This document shows positions 49,554 through 57,529 of a DNA stretch of 60,474 nucleotides, piece after piece. Source of the DNA: a virus (taxonomy: Duplodnaviria > Caudoviricetes); the IMG/VR virus record IMGVR_UViG_3300020365_000015, positions 1-60,474 of that record; one strand, 5' to 3'. The first letter of the stretch is position 1. Each line of letters starts with the position of its first letter. A model generated the notes under the pieces. It did not search any database. It was not told where the DNA came from and saw only the letters and a program-made list of their open reading frames with translations. The position numbers and the translations under genes are program-made.

Positions 49554-50012
49554 ATGCTATACATTAAACTAGTTGACGGAGAACCAACTCGTTATACAAT
49601 TGAAGAATTTTTAGAGGAATATCCTGATGTAAACGTGTACACCAAAGTAAACGGTATTCCAGATAAAGAAGTATTAGAAGAATATGACGTATACCCTCTG
49701 GTAGATTCATCACCACCAGAAGAGGGAGCTTTTAAAGAAGGAAAACCTCAGCGTCTTTATAATGGAGAATGGGTACAAACTTGGGAAATTATTCCTGGAG
49801 ATCAGGTCAAATTACCACCAGATGCTGAAGAAATTTCTCCACTCTTTTTTACTACACCAGAACAAAAGCAAGAGAGACTTGCTATTTGTTATGCTTGTGA
49901 TAGATGGAAACCCAGTACAAGACAATGCAAAGAGTGTGGGTGCTTTATGGACCTCAAGTCCAAAATTAAAGCAGCAGATTGCCCTCTTGGCAAGTGGGGC
50001 AAAGTAGTCTAA
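49554..50012 (+). CDS. small partner protein with C-terminal Cys-rich domain
   Basis: YIKLVDG...EEYPDV...W motifs; RLAICYAC...CKECGC...CPLGKW. Confidence 0.75.
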   Translation: MLYIKLVDGEPTRYTIEEFLEEYPDVNVYTKVNGIPDKEVLEEYDVYPLVDSSPPEEGAFKEGKPQRLYNGEWVQTWEIIPGDQVKLPPDAEEISPLFFTTPEQKQERLAICYACDRWKPSTRQCKECGCFMDLKSKIKAADCPLGKWGKVV

Positions 50013-50015
50013 ATA
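50009..50015 (+). promoter_or_regulatory. late promoter for Gly-rich gene 2
   Basis: CTAAATA. Confidence 0.65.
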
Positions 50016-50036
50016 CAATATAGTGTAGTTATAGCA

Positions 50037-51071
50037 ATGGCAGATACATCTAAACTTACAGTCAATGTGGCAAATCCAGCTAATCAGCTGATTTTTGCTA
50101 GGATTACTGCTGCACAAAGAGATGCACATTTTGCAAACACTCCACCTGAAATAGGAATGATCATCTTTAATGATGATGATAAAGTATTAGAATTCTGGAA
50201 TGGCACAGAATGGAAAGTTGCTCTGGGTGAAAGAACTGGAGGCGGTGGAGCAACCAGATATGAATTCCAAACCTTCACCTATGAAGAGCAAAATGCAGGT
50301 GGAAACGGTCATAGTGCAAGCACTATTATATCAAGAATTAGTGGCAATGATGGATGGAAGAACAATACTGAATACTTGAACATTAACAATGGTGTGTGGA
50401 CTTGGGTGGTCCCACAGACAGCAAATTATCAAATTGAATGTTGGGGTGCTAAAGGTGGTAGAAGTAATTGCTATGGTCCTGATGGCGGAAATGGTGCATA
50501 CGCAAAAGGAGTTGTAAGGTTAAGAGGTGGCGACAAAGTAAAAATTGTTGTTGGCAAAAGAGGAGACGGTAATTGCTACGATGGTGGCGGCGGTGGTGCA
50601 ACTTATTTCTGCACCGAAGATAATGACGGACTCGTTATCGCCGCTGGTGGCGGCGGTGGATCTGCTTGTGGTATGAATGGTCCTGGTCCACACTATGGAC
50701 AGGCAAACTCATCTGGTGGAGGAACTGCTTGGGGATCAGGTGGTTCTGGTGGATCAGGAGGAACAGGTGCAGGACCAACTGGCGGCGGCGGTGGTCTAAC
50801 TGGTAATGGTGGTGGTCCTTGGGGTGGAAAGTCATTCTCTAATGGATCAGAAGGAGGATCAAATGCCCGAGGTGGTTTTGGCGGCGGCGGAGGTGGTGGA
50901 GGCACCAATGGCGCTGGTGGAGGTGGAGGATACTCTGGAGGTGCTGCTTCTAGATGGTGTTTCTATGGTGCAGGTGGAGGATCATTCGTTACAAGTGATG
51001 CACTTAGTGAACAAAAACAAGGCAACAATAGAGGATCTCACGGCAAAATTACAGTTACTAAGGTTTCATAA
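50037..51071 (+). CDS. glycine-rich putative adhesin / fibre-tip protein, paralog 2
   Basis: Same architecture as 48538..49548; shares GGRSNCYGP and GGTNGAGGGGGYSGG. Confidence 0.75.
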   Translation: MADTSKLTVNVANPANQLIFARITAAQRDAHFANTPPEIGMIIFNDDDKVLEFWNGTEWKVALGERTGGGGATRYEFQTFTYEEQNAGGNGHSASTIISRISGNDGWKNNTEYLNINNGVWTWVVPQTANYQIECWGAKGGRSNCYGPDGGNGAYAKGVVRLRGGDKVKIVVGKRGDGNCYDGGGGGATYFCTEDNDGLVIAAGGGGGSACGMNGPGPHYGQANSSGGGTAWGSGGSGGSGGTGAGPTGGGGGLTGNGGGPWGGKSFSNGSEGGSNARGGFGGGGGGGGTNGAGGGGGYSGGAASRWCFYGAGGGSFVTSDALSEQKQGNNRGSHGKITVTKVS

Positions 51072-51073
51072 TA

Positions 51074-51349
51074 ATGAAAAGATATATTAAATTGGTTGGT
51101 GGTTTTCAACCAAAAGAAATCACACTTGAAGAATTGATTGAAGAGTTTCCAAATGTAGACTTTTGCGATCCTTATTTTCAAGATACTATGGATGCAAAAC
51201 TGGCAGAACATAATGTTTACGAACTTCACCATTCAGATAAACCAAGACTGCCAGGTGAGTATGTAGAGGGTCCTCCTCTTTTCATGCAAGAATCTGGTAT
51301 TTGGATTGAGAATTGGATCACCAAGACCAAAACCCCTTGGGATAAATAA
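51074..51349 (+). CDS. small partner protein, paralog of the 49554 N-terminal domain
   Basis: YIKLVGG...TLEELIEEFPNV...EGPP...WIENW. Confidence 0.7.
   Translation: MKRYIKLVGGFQPKEITLEELIEEFPNVDFCDPYFQDTMDAKLAEHNVYELHHSDKPRLPGEYVEGPPLFMQESGIWIENWITKTKTPWDK
51342..51348 (+). promoter_or_regulatory. late promoter for Gly-rich gene 3
   Basis: ATAAATA, followed by AGGA SD. Confidence 0.6.
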
Positions 51350-51373
51350 CATTAATAGGAATACTTTAAAAAA

Positions 51374-52408
51374 ATGTCTGTCTTAAATGTAAACCACCTT
51401 TTTATTAATAGCAATTTGAACATTCCTTCCATGACAGAAGCGTCTAGAGATGCTATGTCAAAAGTTATTGGACAGGTAATTTACAATACTACTAAAGGAC
51501 AGTTTGAAGTTTGGACTGGTGATCCCGACTCAGAAAATGATGATGATTATGGTGTAGGTTGGATTAGTTCCCCTGGTCCAGAATTGTATGAATTTTCTTC
51601 AGCAACTTTTACCCCTGGTGGTAAAAGTGGATACACTGGTCCATCACTATCACAAGTTAGAGCTGGAATTAGTGGAAATACTAATTGGAAAAATGATACC
51701 AATTTTCTAAACTCTAGTGGTGGTGTTATTTCCTGGGCAGTTCCAAAAGATGGAACTTATAGGATTACTGCAAAAGGTGCTCAAGGCGGTAGAAGTAATT
51801 GCTACGGTCCAGCTGGTGGTAAAGGAGCACATGTAACGGGAAGCTTTACTCTCAGTCAAGGTGATGTCTTGAAATTGGTTGTTGGACAAAGAGGTGGAGA
51901 TAATTGCTATGATTGTGGTGGAGGTGGAGGATCATATGTCACCACTAATTCAAATAGTCCATTGGTCGTAGCTGCTGGTGGTGGAGGAGGATCTGCTTCA
52001 GGATATCCTTATGGTGGTAACGGTTATCATGGTAGACATGATACTACCTCTGGCAGTTTGGGATATAGCAGCAGACCTGGAGGCAGCAATGGTAGCGGAG
52101 GAACTGGATACGGCGCTTCTGGCGGTGGTGGTGGTCTAACTGGTAATGGTAGTGGCAGTTGGTATGGATTTGCATTTACCAACGGAGCGGAAGGTAGAGG
52201 CAACCAGGCTCAAGGTGGTTTTGGCGGCGGCGGAGGCGGCGGCGGTACTAATGGCGCTGGTGGAGGTGGAGGATACTCTGGCGGTGGAGCAACTTACTGG
52301 AGTTTCTATGGTGCTGGTGGCGGATCTTACAATGGCGGAACGAGTCAGCAGGGATCAACTGCAGCGCAGAACAACGATGGTGCGATTACAATTACATTCC
52401 AAGGTTAA
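51374..52408 (+). CDS. glycine-rich putative adhesin / fibre-tip protein, paralog 3
   Basis: Very close to paralog 1 (SASGYPYGGNGYHGRHD, GSLGYSSRPGGSNG). Confidence 0.75.
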   Translation: MSVLNVNHLFINSNLNIPSMTEASRDAMSKVIGQVIYNTTKGQFEVWTGDPDSENDDDYGVGWISSPGPELYEFSSATFTPGGKSGYTGPSLSQVRAGISGNTNWKNDTNFLNSSGGVISWAVPKDGTYRITAKGAQGGRSNCYGPAGGKGAHVTGSFTLSQGDVLKLVVGQRGGDNCYDCGGGGGSYVTTNSNSPLVVAAGGGGGSASGYPYGGNGYHGRHDTTSGSLGYSSRPGGSNGSGGTGYGASGGGGGLTGNGSGSWYGFAFTNGAEGRGNQAQGGFGGGGGGGGTNGAGGGGGYSGGGATYWSFYGAGGGSYNGGTSQQGSTAAQNNDGAITITFQG

Positions 52409-52441
52409 TAAATAACATAGTATCATTAGTTTTTGATTACT

Positions 52442-52645
52442 ATGGATCCCGCAACACTCAAGAAAAATTTTGAAGAGCAAATTGCTACTACAGAAAAGCA
52501 AATTGCAGAATTAGAAGATAATCTCCAAAAAGCAAAGGAGTATAAGATTAAACTACAAGGTGGTCTTGAAACTCTAGGTATTCTGGAAGGCGAAGGCGCT
52601 GCTCCTGAGGGAGAACCTGAAGCACCAGAAGAAGCTGCTGAATAA
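52442..52645 (+). CDS. small acidic coiled-coil protein (possible fibre assembly chaperone)
   Basis: ATG 52442; heptads plus KLQGGLETL; ATAAATA upstream at 52408-52414; function inferred from position. Confidence 0.7.
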   Translation: MDPATLKKNFEEQIATTEKQIAELEDNLQKAKEYKIKLQGGLETLGILEGEGAAPEGEPEAPEEAAE

Positions 52646-52650
52646 ATACC

Positions 52651-52687
52651 AAATCCCTTCTTCCTAAATAGGTAAGAAGGGATTTTT
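52651..52687 (+). terminator. terminator-like hairpin containing a late promoter and the g13 SD
   Basis: AAATCCCTTCTT-CCT-AAAT-AGG-T-AAGAAGGGATTT then TT; CTAAATA at 52664-52670. Confidence 0.75.
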
Positions 52688-52694
52688 GTGTGTA

Positions 52695-53495
52695 ATGGCA
52701 TCTCCAAGTTCTAAGGCTGAACTCATCACATATTGCAAGAGGCAACTTGGTGAACCCGTCTTGCAAGTTAACATTGACGATGAGCAAGTTAACAACGTTA
52801 TTGATGACACATATCAGTTCTTCCAAGAGAACTGTTATAACGGAATGGAAAGATGCTATCTAACACACGCATTAACTGCTGACGATATTACTAGATTCAA
52901 AGCTACTACAACAACTACTGCTGGTACATCGGATTGGAATGAAGCAACAAACTACATTCCAATCCCATCCCATGTAACTGGTATTAGTAAAGTTTTTGGA
53001 TTGGTAAGTAATTCAATTAGATCTAATCTCTTTGGTGTTGAATATCAATTGTATCTAAATGATCTCTATGCATTTGGATCACTAGATATTCTCAACTATT
53101 TTATGACTAAGCAATATCTAGAAACACTAGATATGGTTCTGAACAATGGTTCATTCCAGCAGTTCAGATTTACAGCACGTCGTGATCGTTTATATCTTGA
53201 CGTAGATGCTGACTTCCTCGCAGAAGATAAGTATCTGCTGATTGAGGCACATAGGATGATTGATCCTACAGATGCTACAGAGATCAATAATGACATGTTT
53301 GTCAAGAAGTATGCTACTGCTCTCATGAAGAAGCAGTGGGGTATGAATCTAATTAAGTATAACAACGTTCAACTTCCTGGCGGTGTTACACTTAATGGTA
53401 GAGAGATCTACACAGACGCACTTGCAGAGATCGAGAAGATTGAATCTGAAGTTCTCAGTAAGTACGCAATCCCACCAATGGATATGATCGGATAA
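52695..53495 (+). CDS. g13: neck protein gp13
   Basis: MASPSSKAELITYCKRQLGEPVLQVN...KKQWGMNLIKY...LPGGVTLNG. Confidence 0.95.
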   Translation: MASPSSKAELITYCKRQLGEPVLQVNIDDEQVNNVIDDTYQFFQENCYNGMERCYLTHALTADDITRFKATTTTTAGTSDWNEATNYIPIPSHVTGISKVFGLVSNSIRSNLFGVEYQLYLNDLYAFGSLDILNYFMTKQYLETLDMVLNNGSFQQFRFTARRDRLYLDVDADFLAEDKYLLIEAHRMIDPTDATEINNDMFVKKYATALMKKQWGMNLIKYNNVQLPGGVTLNGREIYTDALAEIEKIESEVLSKYAIPPMDMIG

Positions 53496-53496
53496 A

Positions 53497-54618
53497 ATGC
53501 CTACCAGTCCCTACTTCCCAACGTACTATCAAGGTCATAGTGGCGAACAGAATCTCGTTCAGGATCTTGTGGATGAGCAAATCAAACTGTTTGGTACAGA
53601 CATATACTATATCCCTAGAGTAGTTCTCCAAGATAACACACTGGATGAAGTTAGATACTCTAAGTATCAAGAGCAATTCCAGATTGAGATGTTGCTGCAG
53701 AACGTCATGGGTTTTGGTGATAATGCAGAATTCATCTCCAAGTTCGGTTTAAGAATTACAGACGAAATTATCTTCCGTGTGTCTACAAGACGCTGGGATG
53801 AAGAAGTAGCAGAACATACTCCCGACCTTACAATTGATAGTAGACCTAATGAGGGAGATCTATTATACTTCCCACTAACAAAAGATATCTACGAAATTAA
53901 GTTTGTTGGTAAAGAAGAACCATTCTTCCAGTTTGGTAAGATTCAATTCTATGCTATCACTGCTGAGATCTACGAGGTTGGCAGCGATACATTCGAGACA
54001 GGCGTTGAGGAGATTGACGATATCGAACAACTCTTCGATCCTGCTATCAAACTATTCATGGATCCTGGTGGATCTGGAGACTTCCAAGTTGGTGAAGAGG
54101 TTGTTGGAGATGAGTTCCTGGCAAAAGCAACTGCTGCTATTACAGGAGATGCTGTATCAGGTATCACAATCACAGATGGTGGATCACACTATAAGCAAGG
54201 AACTCCACCTTCAGTAACTATTACAGGAGACGGGACAGGTGCGACAGCTACTGCTACGGTTAGTTCTACTGGCATTGTTAACGGCATTACTATCACCAGT
54301 GGTGGCACAGGTTATACTACTGCACCTACTGTCGTCATTGACTACTCACCTAAAGACAACAGAGCAGAGGTCAAGTCCTGGGATAGCACAACTAGATCCC
54401 TCCAAGTCATCAACAGAACAGGAACCTTCACTACTGATGAAGTAATTACTGGTCTAACTTCAGGTGCTAAGTGGAGTCCTGAGACATTTGACACTCTAAA
54501 TAATACGAACAGCACGGTAGATCAGAACAGACAGATCGAAGATAGTGCAGACAACATTATCGATTGGACTGAAGGTAATCCATTCGGTGAATATGGTAAT
54601 CAGACAGGTAGCTTCTAA
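53497..54618 (+). CDS. g14: neck protein gp14
   Basis: EQNLVQDLVDEQIKLFG...YYIPR...SKFGL...RPNEGDLLYFP...NPFG; with a GGxGYT insert. Confidence 0.93.
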   Translation: MPTSPYFPTYYQGHSGEQNLVQDLVDEQIKLFGTDIYYIPRVVLQDNTLDEVRYSKYQEQFQIEMLLQNVMGFGDNAEFISKFGLRITDEIIFRVSTRRWDEEVAEHTPDLTIDSRPNEGDLLYFPLTKDIYEIKFVGKEEPFFQFGKIQFYAITAEIYEVGSDTFETGVEEIDDIEQLFDPAIKLFMDPGGSGDFQVGEEVVGDEFLAKATAAITGDAVSGITITDGGSHYKQGTPPSVTITGDGTGATATATVSSTGIVNGITITSGGTGYTTAPTVVIDYSPKDNRAEVKSWDSTTRSLQVINRTGTFTTDEVITGLTSGAKWSPETFDTLNNTNSTVDQNRQIEDSADNIIDWTEGNPFGEYGNQTGSF

Positions 54619-55418
54619 TGTTAGGATCACATTTTTATAATTCAATTGTTCGTAAGAACATCATTGCGTTTGGTACGCTCTTCAATAATATTGAGATGAA
54701 GAGTACAGATCCTAATACGGGTGAAGTATTAGAAACACAAAAGGTTCCTCTCAACTATGGACCTAAGCAAAAGTTCCTTGTTCGTCTGGCAGAGAATAAT
54801 GCATCCAGTAAAGTGGCAATCACATTGCCACGTATTTACTTCGAGATGAATGGTATCGAATACGATTCTACCCGTAAAACATCACCAATTCAGCAATACA
54901 AAACAATCGTTGCTGATAATGGTAATGAAGTCAAGGTGCAATATGTTCCTGTTCCTTATAATTTAAATTTTGAACTAGGAGTTATTGCCAAGTCTCAAGA
55001 TGATGCATTGCAAATTGTAGAGCAAATTCTGCCATACTTCCAACCATCTTTGTCTCTGACTATCAATATGATTCCAGATATGAATGAAAAAAGAGATGTT
55101 GCTATCTTACTTAACAACATCTCTGGTGAAGACGAGTGGGACGATACTTTCTTGAATCGTCGTTATATCACATACACATTGAACTTCACAATGAAGTCTT
55201 ACCTCTACGGTCCTTACAGCACTTCCGATATTATCAGGAAGGCGATCATCCACGAAACAATTGGCGATCTTGCTGTCAGTCGCAGAACTATTACAAGAAC
55301 ATATACACCCAAAGCAACAACAGATATCAACACAGATGGCGTCATCGATGCTGCTGATGATGTACTAGTCAATGCTGGTGATGACTTTGGATTTAATGAA
55401 GGGATTGAATTCTTATGA
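54618..55418 (+). CDS. g15: tail sheath stabiliser/completion protein gp15
   Basis: FGTLFNNI...VPLNYGPKQKFL...TLPR...QIVEQILPYFQP. Confidence 0.95.
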   Translation: MLGSHFYNSIVRKNIIAFGTLFNNIEMKSTDPNTGEVLETQKVPLNYGPKQKFLVRLAENNASSKVAITLPRIYFEMNGIEYDSTRKTSPIQQYKTIVADNGNEVKVQYVPVPYNLNFELGVIAKSQDDALQIVEQILPYFQPSLSLTINMIPDMNEKRDVAILLNNISGEDEWDDTFLNRRYITYTLNFTMKSYLYGPYSTSDIIRKAIIHETIGDLAVSRRTITRTYTPKATTDINTDGVIDAADDVLVNAGDDFGFNEGIEFL

Positions 55419-55825
55419 GCCTAGAAGAGAACATGGAGGAGATCCTCAACATTAGTGCAGAACCTGTTGAGGAGAGCAAACCTTCCAAACCACAACCACC
55501 ACAGGTCGATAGAGACGACCGTGAGAAGGATTACCAATATACCAGGGGTGAGTTATACTCACTCATAGACAAGGGTCAGGAGGCGGTTAACGGTGCCTTA
55601 GAGGTCGCTCAGGAGTCTGGGCACCCTAGAGCATATGAAGTCGCTGTAGCGGCGATGAAGCACGTTGCAGACATGACTGAAAAACTGCAGGATCTTCATA
55701 AGAAGATGAAGGATCTTGACGAAGAAAAGAAAGGTCCATCCAAAGTTACCAACAATGCTATGTTTGTTGGTAGCACTGCTGAACTACAGAAGATGCTCAA
55801 GCAAATGGGCGGGGGTAAACGCTAA
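55415..55825 (+). CDS. g16: terminase small subunit gp16
   Basis: DYQYTRGELYSLIDKGQEA...HPRAYEV...NNAMFVGSTAELQKML. Confidence 0.95.
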   Translation: MSLEENMEEILNISAEPVEESKPSKPQPPQVDRDDREKDYQYTRGELYSLIDKGQEAVNGALEVAQESGHPRAYEVAVAAMKHVADMTEKLQDLHKKMKDLDEEKKGPSKVTNNAMFVGSTAELQKMLKQMGGGKR

Positions 55826-55853
55826 ATAACTTAGTAAACCCTCGTCGGTTATC

Positions 55854-56276
55854 ATGAGAGATTTTAAAGAATTCAGAGAACTCTGTGAAGCAAAACGTGG
55901 TCTCTACGCAAATATCCACGCTAAACGAAAAAGAGGAGAAGCACCTGCGCGTCCTGGTAGTAAGGACTACCCCGCCAAGGATGCTTTCAAAAAGGCGGCG
56001 AGGACTGCCAAAGAAAGTTTTGAACTCGAAGAAGCAGCCTGGACCCGAAAGGAAGGCAAGAAAAAGTCTGGAGGTCTTAATGAGAAGGGACGTAAATCTT
56101 ACGAAAGAGAAAATCCTGGAAGCGACCTTAAAGCACCAAGCAAGAAGGTTGGAAATCCCCGTCGCGCATCGTTTTGTGCTCGAATGAAGGGCATGAAAAA
56201 GAAGTTGACTTCCAAGAAAACCGCCAACGATAAGGACTCACGTATTAACAAATCCTTACGTGCCTGGAATTGCTGA
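55854..56276 (+). CDS. basic protein (DUF6321-like), probable head internal protein
   Basis: CTAAATA 55822-55828 upstream; GLYANIHAKR, GGLNEKGR, RRASFCARM, SLRAWNC motifs. Confidence 0.8.
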   Translation: MRDFKEFRELCEAKRGLYANIHAKRKRGEAPARPGSKDYPAKDAFKKAARTAKESFELEEAAWTRKEGKKKSGGLNEKGRKSYERENPGSDLKAPSKKVGNPRRASFCARMKGMKKKLTSKKTANDKDSRINKSLRAWNC

Positions 56277-56311
56277 AACAACTAGATATAATTAGATTGA
56301 GCGTCTTTACA

Positions 56312-56461
56312 ATGATGAAATTCCAGACGGATGATATTACAAGACTAATACGTGCTTGTCGTATGTATCAGGATCAAACTGGTTCTGAATATATGTGGGA
56401 GCAATACGAAAAACTTATAGACAAATTAGAATACTACGAAGAAGAGCATAACGAAGAATAA
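56312..56461 (+). CDS. hypothetical protein
   Basis: TATAAT 56287-56292 upstream; RLIRACRMYQDQTGSEYMWEQY; TAATG coupling. Confidence 0.75.
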   Translation: MMKFQTDDITRLIRACRMYQDQTGSEYMWEQYEKLIDKLEYYEEEHNEE

Positions 56462-56684
56462 TGTACAGGGAACCTCACCTACAGAAAAAGTCAGACGAGT
56501 GTGCTGCTTTGTGGTGGGAGTGGCACAGACTCTGGATAAAAAAGCATTAGGTGCGCCAGAGGCGAGAAAAAAATGGTCCCAATGTGTTAGTGAATTTGGG
56601 GAAATGGTAAGTCAGGAAGTCAAAACAAACCCACGCTACAATAAGCTACAGATAGACATTGGTAAAGAAGAACCACCTAGATAA
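56461..56684 (+). CDS. split small gene: 29-aa frame-0 ORF (56461-56550) continuing in the -1 frame to 56684 via A_AAA_AAG
   Basis: MYREPHLQKKSDECAALWWEWHRLWIKKH*; -1 frame KKALGAPEARKKWSQCVSEFGEMVSQEVKTNPRY...; heptamer 56538-56544. Confidence 0.6.
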
Positions 56685-56702
56685 AACAGTTGTATAAGTT
56701 TT

Positions 56703-57026
56703 ATGAAGTTCTTCTTTGCACTTCTTGCTACACTTTTTCTTGCTACACCTGCTTGGGCTGTAGATGTAATGATGGGTGCTAATGGCAACCTAGTTTTTGA
56801 ACCAGCAGAGGTTACGATTGCGGCAGGAGAATCAGTCCATTTTGTAAACAACATGCTACCTCCTCACAATGTGATTGTTGAGGATCATCCTGAACTCGGA
56901 CACGAAGGTCTCGCTATGATGCCTGGCGAAGAGTTTGACGTTGCATTCCCAGATGCAGGAGACTATACTTACTGGTGTGGTCCTCACAAGGGAGCAGGCA
57001 TGATCGGTACAGTACATGTAGAATAA
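56703..57026 (+). CDS. petE: plastocyanin
   Basis: Signal peptide ending AWA; PPHNV and YWCGPHKGAGM type-1 copper ligands. Confidence 0.97.
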   Translation: MKFFFALLATLFLATPAWAVDVMMGANGNLVFEPAEVTIAAGESVHFVNNMLPPHNVIVEDHPELGHEGLAMMPGEEFDVAFPDAGDYTYWCGPHKGAGMIGTVHVE

Positions 57027-57529
57027 TGAAAAAATTCAACACTGTTGTTTTAGACATCACTGTTGCAATACTAGACTTCCTCTATCAAGGAAGAGAATAT
57101 CCACGTTTTTGGGTGCTTGAGGAAATCGCTCGGGCACCCTATTTTGCGTTCTTAAGCGTATTGCATTTCAGAGAAAGTATGGGACTACGTGGTCCTGAGC
57201 ATCTATATTTGATGAAAGAACACTTCGATCAATCAGTCAATGAAACAGAACATCTGGAGTATATGGAGAGCAGGGGCGGTAATGCTTATTTTATTGATCG
57301 CTTTGTCGCCAAGCACCTCGTCCTTATCTATTATTGGGTCAATGTGGTTTATTACTGGGTGGCTCCTCGCTCTGCATACCATATGTCTTACGAAGTAGAA
57401 ATTCATGCGGCAGAAACTTACGCAAAGTTTCTTGCCTTTAATGGACACGATGACAAGATCCTTGAGATCTTGAATGACGAACTTACACACGCTAGGGAAC
57501 TAGAATTAGCAATGGAGAAGATTAAATGA
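57026..57529 (+). CDS. ptoX: plastoquinol terminal oxidase
   Basis: ATG 57026; RFWVLEEIARAPYFAF, NETEHL, EIHAAETY, DELTH di-iron motifs. Confidence 0.95.
   Translation: MKKFNTVVLDITVAILDFLYQGREYPRFWVLEEIARAPYFAFLSVLHFRESMGLRGPEHLYLMKEHFDQSVNETEHLEYMESRGGNAYFIDRFVAKHLVLIYYWVNVVYYWVAPRSAYHMSYEVEIHAAETYAKFLAFNGHDDKILEILNDELTHARELELAMEKIK

Noticed and set aside
48538-52408. Diversity-generating retroelement or invertase shufflon acting on the Gly-rich paralogs
   Set aside because: No reverse transcriptase or recombinase in the window, all copies are intact and co-oriented, and differences are not adenine-specific.
55415-55860. Absence of g17 directly after g16
   Set aside because: Insertion of an accessory island in the g15-g18 interval is normal for T4-like cyanophages; g17 is expected beyond the window.
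56461-56550. CP12-like resemblance of SDECAALW
   Set aside because: Lacks the AWDxVEEL core and the C-terminal C-x8-C motif; similarity too short to support.
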